Positions 41,301 through 49,800 of a DNA stretch of 64,000 bases are shown piece after piece. Source of the DNA: Candidatus Kapaibacterium sp. (lineage in GTDB: Bacteria; Bacteroidota; Ignavibacteria; OLB7); the NCBI GenBank assembly GCA_035549015.1, contig DASZRW010000112.1, positions 285-64,284 of the forward strand, given 5' to 3'. The notes under the pieces are model-generated. The model did no database searches. It was given only the letters and a program-made list of their open reading frames with translations, and was not told the DNA's origin. The stretch's first letter is position 1; every line of letters begins with the position of its first letter. The translations under genes and the position numbers were made by a program.

Positions 41301-43773
41301 AACTGTCGAGCCCCACGCGCTTGCTGAGGATGGATGCCTGCCCCTGCAGCACGAAGACATCCGGCGCGGAGTAGATGAAGCCGAGCTTCGCGGAGAATGC
41401 CCTGCCGCCGTCCGCAGCCGTTCCGAAGGAGACACCTGCGCCGATGGAGAAGCCGTCTGTCTGCGTGAACTTCGTCACGCCGTAGCCGCGCTCCGGCGCC
41501 TTGTAGTATTCCCACCAGGTGTTCTCATCCGGCTTCTGCAGCACATACTTGTTGCCGAAGAGCGCCTGGAATCCGTAGATGCCGAGGCCGGTGCTGCCAA
41601 GGATGATCGGCGTGTTGAGGTCTAGGAAGGCGGTAACCAGATAGGCACCGGTGGCAGGTGTCAGCGCCATCTGCGCTCCCCCCTTCAGGTGGATCTGCGG
41701 CAGCTCGAACTTCACGCCCCCCGTGTACTGCGGGGGGCTGGAGTCCGCCCCTGCCTTCACGGAGACGAAACCATCCAGCAGCACCGCCGCCTGCTCGCGC
41801 GGCATGTTCCCCGGGATGTGGAGATGGATGTGGATCCCCTGCATCTTCAGGTAGACATGATGCGGCGTGAGGCCGTCCACCGTTGCATACAGCTTGATGC
41901 CGTCGCCGCGCGCATCCACGCCACCAACGCCCGTGTTCACGCTCGCATCGAAGCCGATGAACTTGTACTCGCGCTGTACGCCGTTGTAGATCGCGCTGTC
42001 GCTGCCGATGTGAATGTTGCTCACCGAGAGTTTCACCGGTCCCACGCTCAGCGAGACGGACTTCGGCAGCACCAGGCTTCCCCCCTCGAAATCGATATGG
42101 CCGTTGGACCAGATGATAAGCCGCCGGATCTCGATGGACTGGTCCAGAATCGGGCCAACGGCAGGGAGATCGGCGGTGATTGCCAGGGTTCCGCCGGCAG
42201 CGAGGAAGAAGCGCCCGTTCTTCTCGCCGACCTCCAGGGACTTGATGGACATGTTGAAGAACCCGTCGATGCCGAAGCTCAGCGGGGGATCCACGTTCGC
42301 CGTCACCGTGTACTGGCCACTCTTGTAGCCGATCAGGATATCCACCTCCGTTTCGGAGACTCCCGGCGAGGAACGCGGGATGAGCAGCTTGCCGCCGATG
42401 CTGCAGGCAGTGATCTCGTTCTTGGAGAGGGTGACCTGAAACGATGTCAACTCGAGATCGAATCCGAACAGCGAGACCTTGAACGGCCCGCTCTGCCCCT
42501 GCACGGCCTCGAGCGTAATCGTTCCGGAGACACCACCGGTCCCGATAATCATCTTCTTCCCGATCAACCGGAATCCGCTGCCGCCTGCCTGGCCCGCGCT
42601 GCGGCTCCAGGCATCTCCATGAACTTCGATCTCCGCACGCTCCACATATGCACCCACGAACTCCACGGGGCGCCCGTCGCCGCTTACCGCACTGATGTTG
42701 GTGGTGCGGCTCAGGTCCAGCTTTGCCTGATCGATTCGCACATAGAAATTCGTCGAGCCGATGCGTGAGAACGGGACGGAGATATCGATGTCCGAATCGA
42801 TGGAGATACCGGTCTCGGTGCTGATCGTGACGTCCGCCTCACCGAACGTCATCACGGCCGGCGAACCGGTTGGCACGTATGTCGTCTCGTTCACCGGAAC
42901 GAGAATATCCGGAGGGAACGCGATGCCGGCGGTAAAGCGCGCGCTTGCCGTGATTTTCGGAAGAAGAAAATCCTTCGCGGTTGCGATCACCGAATCGCCT
43001 GCCCATTGTTTGTACAGGTTCGATATCGCATCCAGCACATCGCCTGCAGGAGCCAGGAGCGTATCGTACAATATTCGTCCGAACGAAATTCCGTTCTGGC
43101 GATAATAACTTCCAAGCTCGATTTTCCGGATCACATCCAACAGCATTGCCACGGGATCACCATTGCTCACCGTGATCGGCGTTGCCTGGGGGTATGCGGC
43201 ATTGATCTTCTGTATCAGCACCTGGATTGCCGCCGCAGGCGTAAGCTGGTTCTGCGCATTGATGAAGAGGCCGATTGCGCGATTCAGCAGGTCCTCCGTA
43301 CGAATCGGCAGCACCATGTGCAGAATCTCGCTGATGCCGTCCGCATCGAGGGAGAACGTGCTCAGATCAACTCCTCGCAGGAACCTGAGCAGCTTCCATT
43401 GGTAGCTGAGTGAGAACGGAATCAGCATCTGGTCAGCACCGGTGCCGCTCACATCCGGATTCACCACAAGCTTGAATCCGCTCCCGGCGATATCGATCTC
43501 GAGCTTGGTGCCAACAACGAGCGTCATGCTGAAGAAGCTCGTATCCCCGTGCCCCGTGGTTGAACTTTGCAGATCACGGTAGAACACCGACCCGAGCACG
43601 GAATCGAGGAAACCCGCCGGTAGCAGATCCACCAGCACGTGCGGGAGATCATCCGGCGAGATGAGCGTGGAAATCGGCAGGAGAAAGGCTTGCGATGCCA
43701 TGGTAGTTTGATGGTTAACGGCCTGGTGGTGCTGTTGCGAAGTGCGCTGGTCGCGCGAGCATGCGACCTCCAT
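35362..43773 (-). CDS. giant leaderless protein (2803 aa; alternative start ATG 43701), paralogous in part to the 3195-aa protein (shares the Cys-helical repeat module)
   Basis: Uninterrupted 8.4-kb ORF. Repeat copies: YEKWFDVVVCLGTLY..STFPAYV, VTEWIDALECLCSIC, CNRLIEIVECLRSLL..TYLPDSV, CERWLAVFRCLARTC..SRLPADV. The N-terminal 1300 aa are beta-rich with no known motif. No signal peptide. Confidence 0.8.
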   Translation of the reverse strand: MEVACSRDQRTSQQHHQAVNHQTTMASQAFLLPISTLISPDDLPHVLVDLLPAGFLDSVLGSVFYRDLQSSTTGHGDTSFFSMTLVVGTKLEIDIAGSGFKLVVNPDVSGTGADQMLIPFSLSYQWKLLRFLRGVDLSTFSLDADGISEILHMVLPIRTEDLLNRAIGLFINAQNQLTPAAAIQVLIQKINAAYPQATPITVSNGDPVAMLLDVIRKIELGSYYRQNGISFGRILYDTLLAPAGDVLDAISNLYKQWAGDSVIATAKDFLLPKITASARFTAGIAFPPDILVPVNETTYVPTGSPAVMTFGEADVTISTETGISIDSDIDISVPFSRIGSTNFYVRIDQAKLDLSRTTNISAVSGDGRPVEFVGAYVERAEIEVHGDAWSRSAGQAGGSGFRLIGKKMIIGTGGVSGTITLEAVQGQSGPFKVSLFGFDLELTSFQVTLSKNEITACSIGGKLLIPRSSPGVSETEVDILIGYKSGQYTVTANVDPPLSFGIDGFFNMSIKSLEVGEKNGRFFLAAGGTLAITADLPAVGPILDQSIEIRRLIIWSNGHIDFEGGSLVLPKSVSLSVGPVKLSVSNIHIGSDSAIYNGVQREYKFIGFDASVNTGVGGVDARGDGIKLYATVDGLTPHHVYLKMQGIHIHLHIPGNMPREQAAVLLDGFVSVKAGADSSPPQYTGGVKFELPQIHLKGGAQMALTPATGAYLVTAFLDLNTPIILGSTGLGIYGFQALFGNKYVLQKPDENTWWEYYKAPERGYGVTKFTQTDGFSIGAGVSFGTAADGGRAFSAKLGFIYSAPDVFVLQGQASILSKRVGLDSSDDPPFFASFALSRKSVEAAIGVNYHLPDPEEGKPDSGGEILKIDATMELAFFFGNASSWYINIGRDTPEAKRISATLLKILNGWAYLMLSSSGIRAGAGVSLKIVKDCGIAKVGLGASMEVGGKINFHPAQIGAWMKLMGYAELKVFGIGFRLTVTATLRGEAPHPFIIGGSFSIELDLPWPIPNLGLSVDLTWEFDPTPNLHEIGLFQPSAARKLDQYRVDGAHPVRAVHMLTGESFPVNFLAETYTPDQNQSAPAIPAPTVIGSTGSNDAPVNTWIGDFAHFTIPVDSFIDIDFSKPVKPNGDSSSIAKLGPVTTDLKNDEYVPPQPGHSPQVHHEYNVDEVAIYYRDGGAWLPYEMEHANSPLRRLLISKYPDLLNNSTQLETEVARRLKYGAWQLSDPSHYTRLRLLGRTPLGQNADVPPTELGFPPTVLLCPPAPVDPTCLDWEGMTSAPPFAAQTRVFDRKLAFRTDNGSARVVSFSGFDKSAALRIDPGNRIEFYFPATVTKVWMKVTTSATKATISYYRGYASAPPSSQQAGVSTRPNSWDAVPSGPSAGGGDDSFWEMMRAMPRFTRTLCSGTNGPDVNLAPVAAIGTLMSKSFAKTNYYLRQLFHLSAPAAAPTFCERLREMLGTVIVALAGKDRPPTALQQNVQYFYQDVKRYTDQYVSLLAESGEEPDAPPAPQNEFYEKWFDVVVCLGTLYDNRSTFPAYVQSMMTALVDPEVDWIYDALTEQANGLGVHMNQPAGQTDRSGKVRTIAEFFALLTLNLGAIQTATLTLVDQFNAPLYEPLASVVKQVRTALAGSSGDACGSGGGSASSCGGAWRDLIAIPRLLCFDTQSGSQAIPAILSLLNGFNDTIVSLEHLFGLDATSQSNSLCPDLRRALRVVTLALASPDALDGTLSLRVRNFYADLQSSVSAYEQDVKGQDLTGPTESVETFVTEWIDALECLCSICNSFGTLGADEQFFRDRIDGLYSAVALDAFTTGRPLSGAAASTNRCDQVNAIANMLTMLQTRCASAPTDAVTYLNDHVAAFEAGLVTFKAGKLAPFTGVVCNASGLSNDCNRLIEIVECLRSLLDRHTYLPDSVVQQMANDFNVLFSILSAVNALEHVVPESNGIILLPLDAPLDIVMFFVRNILANVYPSCLRGQSFPASVSTAVAGAMPQLESAFASLQSALSALDADSRVAICDSPHVDPVTRRTTLIANYRALCNVAPTSNQLATYPLANIITLMQNFAPMANQLASIYGLASVPASWPASDFCTMVARYVEILVIAYTDLSRVSPHQESEMLAFYNALQLLVADYSGSSAASGQCQTLCERWLAVFRCLARTCAVRSRLPADVFSDTGTGFEGAFGALLDGAYVKLLALADAAGATAQAGQGVGLCRKSRTIANYFAVRALDYANVDASGGLESIFTSYNDLRDAVHGTGTHGGHGRLCPPPVAGPYDPLMKRETRTRAELTQQVAYDNKDVPIDRITIVPAADCDTGQNAPCYTYVHEICWLAEADHVYNDDLPDPTAVRNATNDMLVALKDFPQPLWRPNTTYAVMIKTREVVSGGTSYTKYYTFGFRTAGPIGHFHEIGAANPPAYNEAYAGLVQSHGETEYKYANLKHYVDYERSYPNADGNIIGAKPLYYESAHLALYYRVDYMDTMFATWNQYQGLPRANVALKTVLLDPTMPASDAIVVDEPRWEQDPAPKEPKEFRLFKYMIQNKPNSDCATLTPLEQLDPNTPPPARRTVTPVTLEPNRMYAASFTAVFFNDGDSPVDREVHRYVFQTSRYRSLAEHIGSYLMPNDGGQPKKAIFDYVLPLGTDVATARTLIEGTVPNTTPYQALRAQYPLPYDALVNGVLRINMLPPAVTTEFTIVRESAGGPVLGILVRSPEPFNDPKLPAAEVAKGIVLTGFGAASDQRVIFSKDLANIFISTRTGVVATGTVQIGFQYRLFNGQTYDVATVLVDAGGGQFNEQTVPTETVTLTIT

Positions 43774-43895
43774 CCTCGTGGCGGCCGGACCGGCACTTCG
43801 GGTCCGGCCGCCGGGAAATCGGATCCGAGCGTTCCTGTCTATCGTCGCTGCAAGGCCGGCAGGCAGGCCATTGCCGCATGGGGTTGCCGGGAACT

Positions 43896-46800
43896 CTAGA
43901 TCGCGTCCGCGATGACCTTGAGGATCTCGAGAACTTTTAATACGAGAGCACTTGTTTTGGATACATCGAGATCCTCCCCTGCCCCCTGAAGCATGGCAAC
44001 GTGCAAATGCCCGGTCCGGAGCGTCGGATTATCCCTGGTGCGCATCAATGCCACTCGGTAGAAGATCTCATTGGAATAGTAGTTCCCGCCGGAACCGGCA
44101 ATCGACATGATATTACCGGTGATGAGGTTGGGAGTCTTCAACCCCGTGACTTCATTCTCAACCAGCACACGATTGGTTCGGAGACGCTTTGTGGGGTCAT
44201 TAAAGTCCCACTTTACCGCGGCTTGCGGCTTCTGGTCGAAATCCACGTATTCGAAGGTCTGATTGAAATACAACCCCTGGACGATGGGCTGTCCTCCGCT
44301 CTGCGGGAACAGAGCATCATACGGCAGCGTCGTCTCGTAGAATTCCTTTCCGGCGGGATCGGGGGGAAACGCTTCATCCCTGACATTGTTGTTGTCCAAG
44401 ACGATGTGGGATCGATCTGTTCTGCCGCGGCACGGGAACCGATCGATCCAGTACTCACCAGGCCTTCCCTGACTTATCGTCACGATTGCATCCACATGAT
44501 GGTCGTCATCGACAGCCTGTATGTACGGTTCGAAGAAATTCTCGACCACCATGTTATTGAAATCATCAGCGCGAACCGGGAATATCGCCCCACGAATATC
44601 GAGCCGTTTTCCTCCCGGCGTGGTATAATTACGATTCATGAGGTTCAACACGGCTACGCCGGATGGATTGCTCTGCCGGATGTTCGAATATCCATGTATT
44701 GGCGTCAGGAAAAACGGATCGAATCCGGATATCAGGATGCGCTTGGCAGTTGTACTTCGTCCGACCGGCCATGCTGTACTCTGCGGCGAGAACCCGCGCG
44801 AACACCCCTCGAGGAAACTCAACAGGGCATCGATGTTTTTCGGACCGATATCCTTCAAGGCGGCACTCATCGCCAATCGCGCCCAGTAGAGCTGCCTGTC
44901 ATCGTACGTTGTATCCGCATTCCCTCGGACCGTTTCAAGGAGATCATAGGCTCGCTGCTTCACCGCATCGCGCATGTCATTGAAGGATGCCCCGGATGTT
45001 TCAAGCCCCTGGAGCGCCGTCGAGAACTGAGCGATTTTACTCTTGATGGCCGGCGTCAGAATATCGTTCTGCGGGATGGTCTCACTGACGTAGACATTCT
45101 CCTCGATTGAGCAGCCGGCATGCGGCTGCGGCGTCTGAGGCTCGACGGTTGCAAACGCCTGCGAGGTGAACAGCAGGCCATCGACGCTGTAGACGTAAAT
45201 ATCGCTGCCGGAGGCAGGAAAGACCGTCAACTGCAGGTGGCGCCCGGTAACGGCCGTATCAATTCCCGTCCCCCAGCCTCGCACACCAAGCCGATATTTC
45301 TGGCAACCTTCTCCGATAGCCCCAACGGGATCGAGAACGATATATCGGGCATGATGCGGACTGAATCCGGCAAGGGCGGCAAGTGCATCGTGCTGAGCCT
45401 GCGTAAGGCCCAGTGCAAGAATGTTCTTGCGTGACAACGAAGGTGTGGACGGAATGTCCACCAGCTGAAACGTCTTTACGGCCGTCCCGTCCGTGATCTC
45501 CTGTTCCACCAACAACAGATGCCCGAGCTGCTGCACCAGAACCTGCAGGAAACTCTTCGGCCCGCTCGTACTGTTTACCGAACCGCCCGGTAGCTGAGCT
45601 ATCTGCGGTGGTGTCATGCCGATCGCCGGCACGTAGTCGGTGGCGATCGCGAAGTGTACCACGTTCGCCGCTCCCGATTCGAACGCAATCCCTCGCTCGC
45701 TCACCGTCGCAACTTCCACTCCAGCCACCGCACCGGCTCCGACAAACGTTCGATCGCCCATCGAATTCCACGTTACGGCATTCGATGTTCCTGCACCCGA
45801 GGCCGGTATTGCCCACTGCGACGTTGCAGAGAGCGGCCCGAACACGAAGTTGGTGTACTCCCCAACAGATGGAAGCGGCACCGAGTCCGGAGAGAGCGGG
45901 AGGAAGATGGGCGTATCTGATTGCCTGAAATAGTGGATCCGAACCAGCCCGCCAATATTGATGCGGTTCCCCGGCGTGGCCGCCTGCCGGTTGGGAACCG
46001 CGAGCGCCACCGGCTGCGTCCATTCCACATTTGCTCCCGTGCCAAGCATGTTTTCATCGAGGATCCGGCCAACAACTGCGCGGGATGCAATGACCGCGCC
46101 ATCCACGTGCATCAGCGGCTTGTGGTTGTCTTCAATCCGGAGCTTGAGATAGAACGCATTCATCGCCTCCGCTGTGGTTGCCGTCACGGTTGTTGCGATA
46201 ATCGGCCAGCCACCCGAGCCATAGACCGACTGGGCCATCGTGGCGCCGGGTGCAAGGCCGAACTGAAGATTGTTCCGTTCGGCGCCGGTTACATCGTGCC
46301 CATAGTTGCCGTAGTAGTCGTACGCGTAGCCCGCCTCGTTGCGAATGTCGATGTAGAGCGTATCGCACGTGTGGAAGCGCGAAAGCAGGTCCGTGTAGAG
46401 ATACTCCTCCTTCTTCGGCGGAAATGGAATCGCATGCATATACACGCCTGCATAGTAATGCATGGCATAGTATGTGGCAGGATCGATATAGCGGTGGATC
46501 TCCTCGCGCCTGAACTGGAGTTCCAACGGATCAGTCACCTTTGAAAGATCGATCTCGTACACCGGCTGCCGCACGTAGTCCAGCGTGAGATCGGAGGCGT
46601 CGTTGTCCAGAACGATCTCGAAGCCGATGCGATTGGCATCGAAGTGCCCGAGAAGCATACCGCGATCCGCCACCGCAAGCTGGAATCCCGATGTGGGCGT
46701 CACCGATGAATCCACATGGAAGAACAGACTGTCCAGCGTGGTGGTTCCCGCCTGACTGGGATCCCAGCCGAGCACCTTCGCAAGAACGGGGTTGCTGGGG

Positions 46801-49800
46801 TTGATGTGAAGCGCCGCCGCCATGGCAGCATCAGCGGTATATATTGCCTGGATGAACTGCGTAGCTCCTGCCGAGGGGACGAGATTCGTTTCCGTAGCGC
46901 CGAGGAAGTCGGATTTGCGAAGGCCACGATAGACGAAGTACTTCACCGTGAACGATCCCATCGCCGTCTGCTCGATCGGCCTCAGCACCAGGTTGACGTG
47001 ATCGTTGTCCACCTTCTGAATGATCACGGTTCCACGAGTAGCGGCATAGGCCTCGACATCCGAGGATGTGCTGCTGACGAAGGAACTGGTAACGCGGAAC
47101 TTCGTGAGGCCCTTCGGGCCGAATGCATCATCGGGCACCTGATTCCTGACGCTCGCCATGTTGGCAAACTCGTGGAGCTTCGAGAGCGGCTTCTGGCTGC
47201 GAAGCTGGGTCTCCGACGGCACTCCCTCGAGCGCAGCCACCGAGACGGTATGCACCTTCTCGACACGCAGGCTGGCACCGGATCCGATACGCGCGGTAAT
47301 CGCAATCGTACTGCCGTTCTGCGCATTGGATAGTGTAAGGTTTCCGAGGAACGTTGCGGAGTTCGTTGAACCGGCCGCGGGCGAACTCGTTATCGTGGCC
47401 CATGTCACTGCCTGCGTGAAGCACCATACTCCCGCATAGTGATATGTGGTGCTTTCGGTGGTCCCGTCCGCCGCGGTGCGGACAAAATCAATGGAGACAT
47501 CGGGCGAACTGAAGGTTTTTACATCGACGGCTGTGATGGTGAAGGAAGTGGTAACCACTGTGCCGATTGCATCCACCTGGACCGCATCCGGCAGAACCTC
47601 GCCGCTGTTTCCGTTGAGGCCGATGTCCGCAAAGTTCAGTTTGCGATAGGTGATATTGTTGTTGTGCCCGGCGTCGGCACCGTTCATGGCACCGTCGTGC
47701 GGGCTTACATCCACCAGCAGGTACAGATCGCCGGCTGTCGTAAATCCCGACGTTGGCGGTGCCGGCCACGAGATGTTCGCCAGGTAGGTATTGCTGGCCG
47801 TAGGATCGCCTGTTGGTGCAATGACGCCGGCGGGGATTTTCGTCTCTCCCAGCAGATAGGAGCCATGGCCGCCGGTGCTGTACAATCGATTGATATCCGT
47901 GCTGAGTCCGGTGACGGAATCCACCTTGTCGTACGGAAAATCCGTGGGGAACTGGAACGCCGGATTGGCGCCGTCGGCCAGGTGAGCAATGAAGAACCGG
48001 ACAACCGCCGGCAGATTGTACAGCCCGGTTGGATCCGTATCGTTCGCTCCCATGTACACACCGCGATTGGTAATTCGTGCGCAAATCCACTTGGGATTGT
48101 CGAACACCGGAACCTGATATGGGCCCGGCTGGGTGTAGGGAACGGTGTTTGCAGCAACATCCGTTGTTGGATCGGCAATGCGCAGCCACAGATCGGGGCT
48201 GTCGATCGTATTCGATGGAGACGTTCCCGTATCGCTGAGGTTATCCCGGATCATCAGGTCGCGCAGGTCATTGCTGAAGTCGAGCGCCATCCCCACCGCA
48301 CGGTCGGCATTGATACGGCCATAGCCGTAGAAGTGATTGAAGTCCGGAATCCGTCCCCCCTTCACCGGCGTTGTCGCCGGATGCGTTCCCTTCAACCCGC
48401 GATCCACGATCATCCGCGTAGCGCTCTCGATGGAGAGGATGTACCGAATCTCCGCGTTCGTTCCGGTGTTGATCTGTATCGCCTGTCCCGCAACGAAGCT
48501 GAGCGTGGAAACAACATCGATGGTAGCACCGGAAACGGCTGTGATCGTTGTCCACCCGCATTCCACGGTGGAGTTCGCCGCGTGACTGTGCGCCAGCGCA
48601 CGATCCAGCCGTACGACATTGGCCCCAACGATCGCCTTGACAATTGCGCGTTCGGGAGTATGCGCGGAATCGATTCGAAGGGCATGCCCGACTGTGTACT
48701 GCGAGGCATCCGCGACATGAATTTCCGTATCCCCGACGCCGAGGGCGTCGACGATCACGTCGTTGCTGACACTCTCGAGAACCAACAACGTACTTCCACC
48801 AACCACCTCGATCACCGGATTATTGTTGCGATCGAACCATTTCCCGGCGCCGGGAGCGGAACTGTTTTCCGGCTGCCCTGTTCCGGTGTTCAGGAGATCG
48901 ATCTTGTCTGCCGACCGGCGAAGAATATCACGCGCCTCCCAGAAGGTAAGCCGTGAGGTATTGGTCTGCGGATCGATCTGTGCCGACAGCACCAGAGCGG
49001 CAACGCCGGCTGCCAGCGGGCAGGACATCGAGGTGCCTCCGTAGCCATTGGAGTACGATGGTGTGCCGCCAACCACCGTGGATCCTATCCCATGGGTGAA
49101 CTGCAGATGGTCGTTGATACTGATCTGGGTGGGGGAGGTAACGTTGGAATCGATGAGTTCTCCATCGGCACCATCCGCGGTCGCCGCAAATGCTCCGTTC
49201 TTTCCATCGACGGAATGGACATTCGTTTTTCCTGCCGCGTCGATCATCAATCCCTGCCCCTTCCAGAATCCCGCCGTGCACTCCACCGTGATCGAGCCAT
49301 CGCCGTGATTACCGATTGCCGTAAGCGTTGTAGCCAGTGTTGCGGACCCCTTCGGTCCCCCCAGGAAATAGATGTGCGTCGGCGAGAGGAAGCTGCTGCT
49401 GAAGACCGCATCGATTGCCGCCGTCAGCGTGAGCTGGTTGCCGGATCCATTGGCCGCGAGCTGACGGATTTTGCATGTGGACTGCGCAGGATCACCAACC
49501 AGAATCCATTGATCCTTGAAGAAGCCATCGCTCGAACCCACATGAAGCACCGTGTCCGTTGCAACGGTATCCTGCGAGAGATTGGTCATCGACTTCGAAA
49601 GTGCACGCACCCGTACTCCGCACCCCAGCGCCGCCCCAACCGCCTCGTTCAATTCGATCCGGCGCCCCGAGAATACCGTCTTCACCGTATGCAGAGCATT
49701 GGGCCCTGGATCGCCGATCATGATCGTTTGATCGGGAACGAATCCGGTTGCGTGTTCCAGTCCGATAATGGTGTCGGTACTGAGTGTGGCCACCCATATC

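Noticed and set aside
26442-43400. Long plus-strand ORFs antisense to the giant genes (e.g. 27086..29137 at 683 aa, 29159..30700 at 513 aa, 33506..34699, 35323..38070 at 915 aa, 38203..39291, 39454..41625 at 723 aa, 41689..42768)
   Set aside because: Their Arg/Gly/Ala/Pro-rich low-complexity translations are typical of the reverse strand of high-GC coding DNA. They lack any motif and fully overlap much longer, compositionally protein-like minus-strand ORFs.
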